From sequence record SRR22947725_2316: DNA of 58,423 bases. One strand, 5' to 3'. Of this stretch, positions 1 to 8,054 are shown piece after piece (within the stretch, counting starts at the first letter, position 1; the number at the start of each line of letters is the position of its first letter). The translations under genes were made by a program, and so were the position numbers. The notes below the pieces were generated by a model. It saw only the letters and a list, made by a program, of their open reading frames with translations. It was not told the origin of the DNA and did not search any database.

Positions 1-29
1 GGTCAGGGGTTCGAGTCCCCTCAGGTCCA
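1..29 (+). tRNA. 3' part of tRNA, probably tRNA-Ala (truncated by window start)
   Basis: T-arm AGGGG-TTCGAGT-CCCCT followed by acceptor 3' strand CAGGTCC and discriminator A; U at position 70 fits the Ala G3:U70 identity pair. Anticodon is outside the window; CCA not encoded. Confidence 0.8.
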
Positions 30-325
30 CGTTTTGAGCGATAGACAAGAGTTCTGTCGCATGTGTTGTGTGGCCAGGTATGGCGGCGTCACCGCGTTGT
101 ATCCACCACCCACTCAAGCCCCAGCCTCAGGACGGAGGTCTCTGAGGTGAGGAATTTTGCCTGATTCGCGTGTGCGCATGCACGGAGCATCCGATCAAAG
201 CGATCATGGCGAACTAACTCGGCGAAACGAGTCACCTCCTGTGCAACGGCGACCCTGCGCGAGCCTAGGGGCGGGGGGAGCAGAGGCGTGAGTGTCGTCC
301 AGGAACCTCCTCCTAGGATGAGGGA

Positions 326-976
326 ATGGCTCAGGAATCAGATGCTCTCTCTAAACGACAAGACTATGGTTCCGTGGCGTTGGAGGATGGCGTTTTATCT
401 GCCGACCCTTTGGGTCAAATTTCTACCTGGGTTGAGGAAGCGGACCAAGCAGGGGTCTACGAACCAAACGCCATGGTTCTCTCCACCATTGACCCCGATG
501 GTGAACCTTCGTCAAGGACCGTACTTCTGCGGGGAATCGATGATGTGGGCCTCTATTTCTATACCGACTACGGATCAAGGAAGGGGCTTGCCCTGCTCGC
601 GCACCCGTCAGTCTCTGTGGTTTTCCCTTGGTACACCCAGCACCGCCAAATCAAAATCTTTGGCCATGCGGCCCCGACCGATGCTGAAGTCTCTGATGCG
701 TATTTTGATTCCCGCCCGAGGGGCTCGCAAGTGAGCGCATGGGCCAGTGACCAGTCGCACCCCATTTCCTCCAGGGAAGCGCTCGAGGAAAAAGTTCACG
801 AAATCGAATCTCGGTTCCACGGGGAGGAGAAACTGCCCCGCCCGGAAAAATGGGGCGGGTTCGTCATTGAGCCCCAGCGAGTTGAATTCTGGGCGGGAAG
901 AACCTCCAGGCTTCACGATCGAATCCGGTTTGAAAAAACCAGTGAGGGTTGGGTATCTTCTCGGCTACAGCCGTGA
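326..976 (+). CDS. pdxH: Pyridoxine/pyridoxamine 5'-phosphate oxidase
   Basis: Motifs EPNAMVLST, SRTVLLRG, YFDSRPRGSQ, EFWAGRTSRLHDR and C-terminal RLQP; TAGGAT -10 lies 6 nt before the ATG. Confidence 0.95.
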   Translation: MAQESDALSKRQDYGSVALEDGVLSADPLGQISTWVEEADQAGVYEPNAMVLSTIDPDGEPSSRTVLLRGIDDVGLYFYTDYGSRKGLALLAHPSVSVVFPWYTQHRQIKIFGHAAPTDAEVSDAYFDSRPRGSQVSAWASDQSHPISSREALEEKVHEIESRFHGEEKLPRPEKWGGFVIEPQRVEFWAGRTSRLHDRIRFEKTSEGWVSSRLQP

Positions 977-1026
977 GCTTTTTCCCATCCCGCATTGCTA
1001 CGCATAGGCGCTCAATAAGAGGGAGC

Positions 1027-2082
1027 ATGATGGAGAACATTCAGCTAGGTTTAGACACTTTTGGCGATGTGACCCACGACGGACGCGGTGTGCCTCTCCC
1101 GTACTCGCAGGTGATCCGCAACGTTGTAGCAGAGGGAGTCCTCGCCGATGAGGTGGGGGTTGATGCGTTGACCCTGGGGGAGCACCACCGGGACGACTTT
1201 GCTGTGTCAACCCCGGAAACGGTTCTCGCTGCTATTGCCGCGAAAAGTTCGCGAATTATTTTGAGCTCTGGGGTGACGGTTTTGAGTTCAGACGACCCTG
1301 TCCGGGTTTTTCAGCGCTTTGCCACTCTGGACGCGCTGTCCGAAGGGCGCGCCGAAATCATCATGGGTCGGGGTTCGTTCACTGAATCTTTTCCTCTTTT
1401 TGGTTATCGTCTCGAGGACTATCAGCTGCTCTTTGAAGAGAAGCTCAATCTCTTTTCGGAAATAGTCAAGGAGGGCCCGGTGACCTGGTCGGGCAGCCAT
1501 CGCGCAGCGCTTGAGAACCAGGAGGTTTATCCCAAGTCGCATTCGGGTGCCATTCGCACGTGGGTGGGCGTCGGGGGAAGCCCTGAATCGGTCGTTCGCG
1601 CGGCACACTATGGTTTCCCTTTGATGTTGGCGATTATCGGTGGAGCCTCAGAACGTTTCGCACCGTATGTGGATTTGTATCACCGGGCTTTGGAGCAGGC
1701 GGGACATAGCCGGCAACCGGTGGGAGTTCACTCTCCCGGTCATATCGCTGCTACGGATGAAGAAGCGATTGAGCAAATGTGGCCTGCGTACCAGGCCATG
1801 TTTGGTCGCATTGGCCGCGAACGCGGGTGGGCGCCGATGACGAAAGAGAGCTATCTCAACGAGGTCCACCATGGCGCGCTATATGTGGGTTCTGTCGAAA
1901 CTGTCGCCACCAAGATTGCGAAAACGTTGACCGCCCTTGGCGTCCAACGTTTCGACTTTAAGTATTCCACCGGACCACTCAGCCACGAAATATTGATGAA
2001 CAGCATCGAGCTGTATGGCACCCAGGTAATACCTATGGTGAAAGACATACTTTCTCGCCAGAAGGTGGCAGTGGGCGCCTAG
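1027..2082 (+). CDS. LLM-class (luciferase-like) flavin-dependent oxidoreductase
   Basis: GLDTFGD, GEHHRDDF, LSSDDPVRVFQRFATLD, GRGSFTESFPLFG, VGVGGSPESVVRAA; start placed after the GAGGGAG RBS. Confidence 0.9.
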   Translation: MMENIQLGLDTFGDVTHDGRGVPLPYSQVIRNVVAEGVLADEVGVDALTLGEHHRDDFAVSTPETVLAAIAAKSSRIILSSGVTVLSSDDPVRVFQRFATLDALSEGRAEIIMGRGSFTESFPLFGYRLEDYQLLFEEKLNLFSEIVKEGPVTWSGSHRAALENQEVYPKSHSGAIRTWVGVGGSPESVVRAAHYGFPLMLAIIGGASERFAPYVDLYHRALEQAGHSRQPVGVHSPGHIAATDEEAIEQMWPAYQAMFGRIGRERGWAPMTKESYLNEVHHGALYVGSVETVATKIAKTLTALGVQRFDFKYSTGPLSHEILMNSIELYGTQVIPMVKDILSRQKVAVGA

Positions 2083-2441
2083 TCGACGACGACGGGGATG
2101 CCACTGATGGAGCTGGCGTTAGCCACGCTGCCACCGTTGGCCATCGAGCTAAAGCCCATATTGGACATTTGCGAGATGGCCTGACCGGAGCGGTTTCCCG
2201 ACCGGCAATACACGAAGTAATCCACCGCCGGGTCTAGTTGACTGATCTGGGCTGCGAAATCTCCGGATTGCACATCGATGTTGAGCGCACCCTCCAGGTG
2301 TCCACTTGCAAACTCTGCGGGTGTGCGGACATCGATTATGACCGTGTCTGCAGAGAGCTCAGCAGGTTCTCCCGCGCAGGCCGTCGCGCCGAGAGATATG
2401 GGAAGAATCAGGGCTAGCGTGGCGAGGAATTTTCTGAACAT
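2079..2441 (-). CDS. Single-domain rhodanese (PspE-like), predicted lipoprotein
   Basis: IIDVRTPAEFASGHLEGA and active-site loop CRSGNRS; signal peptide ending in lipobox-like GATA-C. Confidence 0.88.
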   Translation of the reverse strand: MFRKFLATLALILPISLGATACAGEPAELSADTVIIDVRTPAEFASGHLEGALNIDVQSGDFAAQISQLDPAVDYFVYCRSGNRSGQAISQMSNMGFSSMANGGSVANASSISGIPVVVD

Positions 2442-2470
2442 GGCAACTCCTTGACTGAGGGTGAACCACC

Positions 2471-2496
2471 ACTATACCAAATACCCCATGGGGTAT
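2471..2496 (-). promoter_or_regulatory. Extended -10 (TGG-TATAGT) plus perfect 16-bp palindrome ATACCCCATGGGGTAT, CsoR/RicR/CstR-type operator
   Basis: Palindrome at 2481-2496 matches the TACC(C)...(G)GGTA pattern of CsoR-family operators and lies just upstream of the -10 of the rhodanese gene. Confidence 0.7.
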
Positions 2497-2499
2497 GTG

Positions 2500-3666
2500 T
2501 CACGCCAGAGGGGGAAGGAGCCGTTGGAACCATCTCGCCTCGGGGATGCGTGCAATCAAAGGTCCCACCAGGACGGTGATGAGGACGTAGGCGGTGGCCA
2601 GAGGCGCTATCCGGGGCTCGAGGCCTGCCCCCACCGCTAGGCCTGCGATAACAATTGAGAATTCCCCGCGCGGAGTGAGGGCGAAGCCGGTTCGCCAGCG
2701 TCCGGGGGCGGCGATTCCTGCCCATTTCGCCGCGAAATAGCCGGTGGCGATTTTGGTGGCAATGGTGACGATGGCCAGTGCCGTTGCCGGAAGCAACATT
2801 GGAACCATGTCCACAGCGTTCGTCTGGAGTCCAAAGAAGAGGAAAAAGGCAGCGGCGAAAAGGTCACGGAGCGGGGATAAGAGCTTCTCTGCTTTTTCCG
2901 CCACTTGTCCTGAGAGGGCAATGCCCACAAGAAATGCCCCGACGGCGGAAGAAACGTTGACCTGCTGGGCGATTCCCGCCACCAACAGGGTCAATCCCAG
3001 AACGCCCAAGAGCAACGATTCGGGGTGCTTGGGGCTAAAGAGCTTGGAAATGGTATCGCCGTGGCGCAGCGCCAGGTAGAGGATGACCACGACGGCGACC
3101 AGCGAAATCCCCAGGGTGATGCTGCCCTGCAGCCACGAGGTGCCAATAAGGAGAACCGACAAGAGGGGGAGATAAAAGGCCATCACCAGGTCCTCGATGA
3201 CGAGCAGAGACAGGATTGTGGGCGTCTCTCGGTTACCCAATCGGCCCAGGTCCCTCAGGACCTTGGCGATCACACCGGAAGAAGAGACATAGGTAACCCC
3301 AGCGAGGGCAACTGCTGCCACAACACCCCACCCCATCAGCATCCCCAAGGCGAAACCCGGCGCGCTATTGAGAACGAGGTCCAATAGACCCGATTTCTTG
3401 GACTGTTTCAAGTTGGTGACTAGCTCAGAGGCTGAATACTCGATTCCCAGCATGACCAATAACAAGATGATGCCCAGTTCGCTACCAATTTCCAAAAACT
3501 CGGTGCTTTCCCCGCTCGCCAAGATTCCTGAAGAACCAACGACTAAGCCCAGTACCAAGTAAAGAGGTATGGGCGAAATGCCAATCTTTGAGCCCCATCG
3601 GGACAGAAAGCCCAAAGCGACGAGTAATGCCCCTACTTCAATCAGCAGGACGGCGAGCGAGTGCAT
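2500..3666 (-). CDS. Cation:proton antiporter (CPA2 family; KhtU/CpeB-like)
   Basis: Highly hydrophobic; SSSGVIAKVL, LVIEDL, TPRGEFSIVIA motifs; adjacent to an RCK_C gene. Confidence 0.9.
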   Translation of the reverse strand: MHSLAVLLIEVGALLVALGFLSRWGSKIGISPIPLYLVLGLVVGSSGILASGESTEFLEIGSELGIILLLVMLGIEYSASELVTNLKQSKKSGLLDLVLNSAPGFALGMLMGWGVVAAVALAGVTYVSSSGVIAKVLRDLGRLGNRETPTILSLLVIEDLVMAFYLPLLSVLLIGTSWLQGSITLGISLVAVVVILYLALRHGDTISKLFSPKHPESLLLGVLGLTLLVAGIAQQVNVSSAVGAFLVGIALSGQVAEKAEKLLSPLRDLFAAAFFLFFGLQTNAVDMVPMLLPATALAIVTIATKIATGYFAAKWAGIAAPGRWRTGFALTPRGEFSIVIAGLAVGAGLEPRIAPLATAYVLITVLVGPLIARIPEARWFQRLLPPLA

Positions 3667-3669
3667 GGG

Positions 3670-4164
3670 TTACAGGCGACCGTCGGCCAGCAGTGAGCTG
3701 AGCTTCTCGAGCCCTTCTTTGGTTCCCACGGCAACGATGATGTCGCCGGCTTCGATGCTGTCGGTTGGGGAAGGGGACGGAATAACAGCCGGTCCTCGCA
3801 AAATCGCGACGATTGATGCCTTGGTAAGCGTGCGGGCGCAGGTATCGCCGAGAGTCTTTCCGGCGAAAGGTGAACTAGCGCTCAAAATAATCTGTTCGGT
3901 GAACAACCCTGTGGACTTGTCGCCAAGATTTGCGAACTGCCCTAACACCAACGACGTTCCCAAAACTTCTGAGAGAGCCACGGCTTCATCGTCACTGAGA
4001 TGAATAGAGTCGCTGCAAGAATCCGGGTCTCTTGGGTCAAAGAGGGCTAATTCGCGGTCCCCGCTGCGGTGGGAAATCACTCCCAAACGCCTTCCTGTGC
4101 TGGTAACCACATCGTGACGAGTTCCGATGCCGGGAAGATCAACTTTTTCTATGCGAACGCTCAC
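3670..4164 (-). CDS. TrkA_C/RCK_C regulatory subunit of the antiporter (KhtT/CpeA-like)
   Basis: DLPGIG N-terminus, DPDSC, C-terminal SPFAGKTLGD...IVAILRG...GDIIVAVGT. Confidence 0.88.
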   Translation of the reverse strand: MSVRIEKVDLPGIGTRHDVVTSTGRRLGVISHRSGDRELALFDPRDPDSCSDSIHLSDDEAVALSEVLGTSLVLGQFANLGDKSTGLFTEQIILSASSPFAGKTLGDTCARTLTKASIVAILRGPAVIPSPSPTDSIEAGDIIVAVGTKEGLEKLSSLLADGRL

Positions 4165-4190
4165 CCTGCGAGGCTACCAGCCTCACAGGG
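4164..4190. promoter_or_regulatory. Inverted repeat covering the leaderless -10 of the RCK_C/antiporter operon
   Basis: CCCTGCGAGGCT-ACC-AGCCTCACAGGG (one mismatch); contains minus-strand TAGCCT 6 nt before the GTG at 4164. Confidence 0.45.
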
Positions 4191-4319
4191 CTGGTGTGAG
4201 GGAGTGCCCGCTCGTAGAGCAATCAATCCTCACTACCACTCGCGAAGTCGAGACACCCAGGGAATTCAGGGCCAACTCCCCGGGGGTACTTATCCACACC
4301 GGGTAGTGTCGTAAACCTG

Positions 4320-4343
4320 AGTGAACAACCAGTTCACTATGCT
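4320..4343 (+). promoter_or_regulatory. Palindromic operator AGTGAAC-N5-GTTCACT abutting -10 TATGCT upstream of tetR
   Basis: Perfect 7-bp arms at 4320-4338; TATGCT at 4338-4343. Confidence 0.55.
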
Positions 4344-4450
4344 CCTACAAGTAATCACAAGTGAAAAAGTGAGCGCACCCGGACGCAACAGCCGTTACGG
4401 TCGGGGAGAGAAATGCAGAAATGAATGATTCCCCACGGAATCGAAAGGTT

Positions 4451-5101
4451 GTGACCACCATCAGCGTCAAAGAAAAACAACTCCTCTCCACGGCATCAGC
4501 CCCCATCCGCGTTGAGCCTGTGCAGGCGCGCAGCACCGCCAGAGTCAACGCCCTCTTGGATGCAGCGTGCGAAACCATGCATGATTTGGGCTACGAACAG
4601 CTCACGACCGCAATGGTCGCTGACCGCGCAGGTGCCTCGATAGGGACGGTTTACCGCTACTTCCCCGATCGCATTGCTGTCTTGCAATCGGTGGCCTCCC
4701 GAAACCTCGATCGTGCTCTCGACGTTCTCGAGGCTTCCCTCCGTGACGGTGGTTCCTCAACGCTCGAGGGCTCTCTCGATGTCGCTGTCGATGCCTTAGT
4801 TGAGGTTTTCCGCACCGAAAAAGGCTTCCGGTCGCTCCGAGTGGGTGACGTATTGGATATTCGCCCCGTAGCAAGTGCCCGGGGCGGTAACGCTGAAATC
4901 GCTAGGGTTATCCGCGAAGATTTGGAACAACGCCAAGGCTTGTTGTTGGATTCCAACGCTCGTCTTGCCGTGGAAACTGCGATTGATGTTGCGGATGCGC
5001 TTCTAGGCCGCGCTTTCTTGCACAGCGACCGCGGGGAAACCTCCCTGATCGCCGAAGCAAAGCGCGTTTCCATGCTTGCCGTCAGTGGGGTTACTCACTG
5101 A
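4451..5101 (+). CDS. TetR/AcrR family transcriptional regulator
   Basis: PVQARSTARV...LTTAMVADRAGASIGTVYRYFPD helix-turn-helix; GTG start after GAAAGG RBS (ORF open from 4421). Confidence 0.9.
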   Translation: MTTISVKEKQLLSTASAPIRVEPVQARSTARVNALLDAACETMHDLGYEQLTTAMVADRAGASIGTVYRYFPDRIAVLQSVASRNLDRALDVLEASLRDGGSSTLEGSLDVAVDALVEVFRTEKGFRSLRVGDVLDIRPVASARGGNAEIARVIREDLEQRQGLLLDSNARLAVETAIDVADALLGRAFLHSDRGETSLIAEAKRVSMLAVSGVTH

Positions 5102-5192
5102 GCGCAGCCTCCAGTAGGTGTGGGTGAAAAGGGCTTCTAGCAGGAACAACAGCATCACAGCCTGGTGGCTTATGGCCGCCGGGCTGTCTTGT

Positions 5193-5876
5193 TCACCGGG
5201 GTTCTTCGCTGACGTTCTCTACTTGCTGCTCCACCGCGTCCACCACGTCTTGGGAGTCAGCAAACCGGTGAAGGACATTCTTGATCAGGGCCACCAGCAC
5301 GATTGATACGGTAACAATGGCGATGAAGACCCACCCGGCCGAAGAAAAAGACGTTTGCAGTTCACGGTATGTGCCGGCCGCGCCTGAGCCGATGGACACG
5401 TAGAGGAAAGCCCAGATGATGCAGGCGGGAATTGTCCAAATCATGAAGGACCGGTAGCGCATTGCTGTTGTTCCCGCCGTGAGCGGAATGACAGAGTGAA
5501 ACACGGGGAGAAAGCGCGAGATGAAAACGGCAATTCCGCCTCTTCGCTGAACAAAGCGATCGGCTTTGGCCCAGCGTTTCTCGCCTACTTGTCGGCCCAA
5601 CCAACTCGAGCGAAGCCTTGGGCCAGAAAGCCGCCCCAAACTAAATCCGATGGATTCGCCTGCCAGCGCCCCGAGCACGACCGCAAGCACCGTGAAAAGG
5701 TACGCAGCGAGGGTGGTAACGCCGGTGCTGGAGACCAGCACGATCGTGTCACCTGGTACTACTAGACCCACCAAGATGCTCGTTTCCAGCAGCACGGCGA
5801 CCCCGGTGACGAGGACCCGCCATACTGGCGGCACGCCCTCAACCCAGGAGAGTATGGCGTCAAGGACTTCATTCAT
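5193..5876 (-). CDS. DedA family membrane protein
   Basis: LETSILVGLVVPGDT, GESIGFSLGR, ISRFLPVF; start chosen 7 nt after a TAGACT -10. Confidence 0.9.
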   Translation of the reverse strand: MNEVLDAILSWVEGVPPVWRVLVTGVAVLLETSILVGLVVPGDTIVLVSSTGVTTLAAYLFTVLAVVLGALAGESIGFSLGRLSGPRLRSSWLGRQVGEKRWAKADRFVQRRGGIAVFISRFLPVFHSVIPLTAGTTAMRYRSFMIWTIPACIIWAFLYVSIGSGAAGTYRELQTSFSSAGWVFIAIVTVSIVLVALIKNVLHRFADSQDVVDAVEQQVENVSEEPR

Positions 5877-5886
5877 TAGCGGGAGT

Positions 5887-6711
5887 CTATGCGGTGAAGT
5901 GTGGGGATTCGCCGGGGTTGACGTGCCTGATTGATTGGGCAAGCGCCTGCCACTTCTCTTGCCACGCTGTGGCTCGGGGGTTACGAGTGCGAAGAGGGGG
6001 CCCCGAGACAAAGGAAGTGGCGAGTCTGATTCCATGGAGAGCACTCACCACCCAGACCTCGGCGCCCGCGAGGTCCGCAACGCTCAGGTGTCGTTCGCGG
6101 ACCACCACCGCTTCGGCGCGGGCGATATCGGCAAGGAGCCCCTCGGTGACGCTGGGCAGGCGGGGTGAGTCGTGAGTAACGACCGTGAGCGAATTATCAT
6201 CTGCCTCCCACACCATGAGGCTGCTGTAAGCACCCTCAATAATTCTGTCGCGCTCGTCCACAATGATGGCTTCATCAGCACCGATAAGTGCGCATTCTTC
6301 GCGAAGCGCCATCAATGCCGCAAGGTCGGGACCCTTCACGAGAGGGTTTTTTCGTGGATCATCCGAGGCCCTGGCGAGGATGACTTCGGTGCTTGCCGAG
6401 GGAGCGGAGCGCTCTTGATAGCGAAGGATGGCACTCTCGGGGGAGCCCACAGCCTCAATTCGGGGAAACCATTCACCCTTGATGGGTAAGCGGTCAAGAA
6501 CGGCATCCACATACTGGGCGACCTGGACCCTGGCAAGGGTGGTGTTCTCGAGAACACTGGTGGTGAATCTCTCGAGGTGGCGCTCCAGGCCCACCACAGT
6601 GCCCTCGCGTACCCTCCAGGAATCAGCCACGAGGGTTGCGATGCTGGGCGGGGAGGGGAGCGACATCACCTGGAGCCCTTGGGGGGTGAACTCATAGACC
6701 GCGGCGCTCAT
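5887..6711 (-). CDS. pabC: Class IV aminotransferase, probable 4-amino-4-deoxychorismate lyase
   Basis: HLERF, VKGPD (PLP lysine), DEAII...EGAYSS, LPSVT, VVSALHGI; divergent from a PabB-like gene. Confidence 0.72.
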   Translation of the reverse strand: MSAAVYEFTPQGLQVMSLPSPPSIATLVADSWRVREGTVVGLERHLERFTTSVLENTTLARVQVAQYVDAVLDRLPIKGEWFPRIEAVGSPESAILRYQERSAPSASTEVILARASDDPRKNPLVKGPDLAALMALREECALIGADEAIIVDERDRIIEGAYSSLMVWEADDNSLTVVTHDSPRLPSVTEGLLADIARAEAVVVRERHLSVADLAGAEVWVVSALHGIRLATSFVSGPPLRTRNPRATAWQEKWQALAQSIRHVNPGESPHFTA

Positions 6712-6725
6712 AGGCTAAGGCTATG
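6709..6725. promoter_or_regulatory. Symmetric bidirectional leaderless promoter between pabC and pabB
   Basis: CAT-AGGCTAAGGCT-ATG: on +, TAGGCT is 6 nt before ATG 6723; on -, TAGCCT is 6 nt before ATG 6711. Confidence 0.7.
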
Positions 6726-8051
6726 ACGACCGGGGTTCTTCGGCATACTCTGCCCTTTACACGAGACCCGGAGCGGGCTTTCTTGTCCTTGGATTCTGGA
6801 GCCCCCGTTGCGCTGTGGCTTGATGAACATGGGGATCGTGGCCGAGGTGTGAGCTACCTAGCTTTTCCCGAAGACATGGAGCTGGGTGATCCTTTCGGCG
6901 ATTCTGTGAGAGCACTCCAGAGCGCACACTCTCTCGCATCGAATGTGAGCGCCGAGGGGGCACCACTGGGCGTGTTCCTGGTCCTTCCCTATGAAGCTGG
7001 AAGCGCCGTGGGGGGGCCTGGCGCGGAAGGCGGGGCGCTACCGAAGGCTTTGTGGGTTGATCGTGTGGTGGAAATTGACCACGCTTCCCACACCATCGCA
7101 CTCTTAGCGCTGGGTGATTCCTGGGCTGGTGAGTTGGAGCAGTGGAAAGCGTCCACGGAACAGGCTTTGTCGCAGGGTTCAAAGGTTCCCTCTCCGATAC
7201 CAGGAGACATTGGCCGCCTGGTGTGGCGAGATTCCCCAGAGACGTATCGCACGATGATCGAGGGGGCCCATCGCGCTATTCGAGAAGGCGATGCCTACCA
7301 GCTCTGTGTCACCACCCAGCTGGGCTTAGAGGGCACGGTTGACCCCGTCGCTTTGCACCGGGTTATGCGATCGGTGAGCCCCACCCACCACCAAGCGCTG
7401 ATCCGGCTGGGTGAGATCACTCTCGTCTCTGCCTCGCCAGAAACCTTTTTAGATATTTCGCCCCAAGGCAAGGTTGTCACCAAACCGATTAAGGGCACGC
7501 GCCCTCGAGGTGCGACTCGCGAGGAGGATGTTCGTCTGGCCGAGGAACTAGTGTCCAGTGAGAAAGAACGCGCTGAGAATTTGATGATTGTTGACCTCAT
7601 GCGCAACGATCTGTCCAAAGTTTGCGAGGTGGGCTCCATCCATGTGCCCGAGCTCTGTGTCCTGGAGACCTACTCCAGCGTCCATCAACTTGTCAGCACC
7701 GTCACCGGCCAGTTGGCGCCAGGCGCCGACCTGTGGGACGTCATTGAAGCAAGCTTTCCCGCTGGCTCGATGACGGGTGCGCCGAAAATTCGGGCGATGG
7801 AGGTGTTGGCAAAGATGGAATCGGGCCCCAGGGGCTATTACTCGGGGATTTATGGTGTGTGGCGAGTGGATGGGTCGGCGACACTGGGGATGACCATTCG
7901 CACCGCCATCGTGTCAAGAAACTCGCTTTCGCTTGGTGTCGGCGGGGGGATTACCGCACTGAGCGACCCGGATGATGAAATTCGTGAAGTAGGAATCAAG
8001 GCAGCAGCTTTCCTTCAGGCACTGGGGGTCTCACAGGGTGACTATTCTTGA
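6723..8051 (+). CDS. pabB: Chorismate-binding enzyme, aminodeoxychorismate synthase component I (PabB/TrpE family)
   Basis: SASPETFL, TKPIKGTRPRG, KERAENLMIVDLMRNDL, FPAGSMTGAPKIRAM; PIKGT is the PabB-type lysine motif. Confidence 0.85.
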   Translation: MTTGVLRHTLPFTRDPERAFLSLDSGAPVALWLDEHGDRGRGVSYLAFPEDMELGDPFGDSVRALQSAHSLASNVSAEGAPLGVFLVLPYEAGSAVGGPGAEGGALPKALWVDRVVEIDHASHTIALLALGDSWAGELEQWKASTEQALSQGSKVPSPIPGDIGRLVWRDSPETYRTMIEGAHRAIREGDAYQLCVTTQLGLEGTVDPVALHRVMRSVSPTHHQALIRLGEITLVSASPETFLDISPQGKVVTKPIKGTRPRGATREEDVRLAEELVSSEKERAENLMIVDLMRNDLSKVCEVGSIHVPELCVLETYSSVHQLVSTVTGQLAPGADLWDVIEASFPAGSMTGAPKIRAMEVLAKMESGPRGYYSGIYGVWRVDGSATLGMTIRTAIVSRNSLSLGVGGGITALSDPDDEIREVGIKAAAFLQALGVSQGDYS

Positions 8052-8054
8052 TAG

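Noticed and set aside
4320..4338. Possible LexA SOS box
   Set aside because: The spacer between GAAC and GTTC is 5 nt, not 4, and the flanks do not match TCGAAC-N4-GTTCGA.
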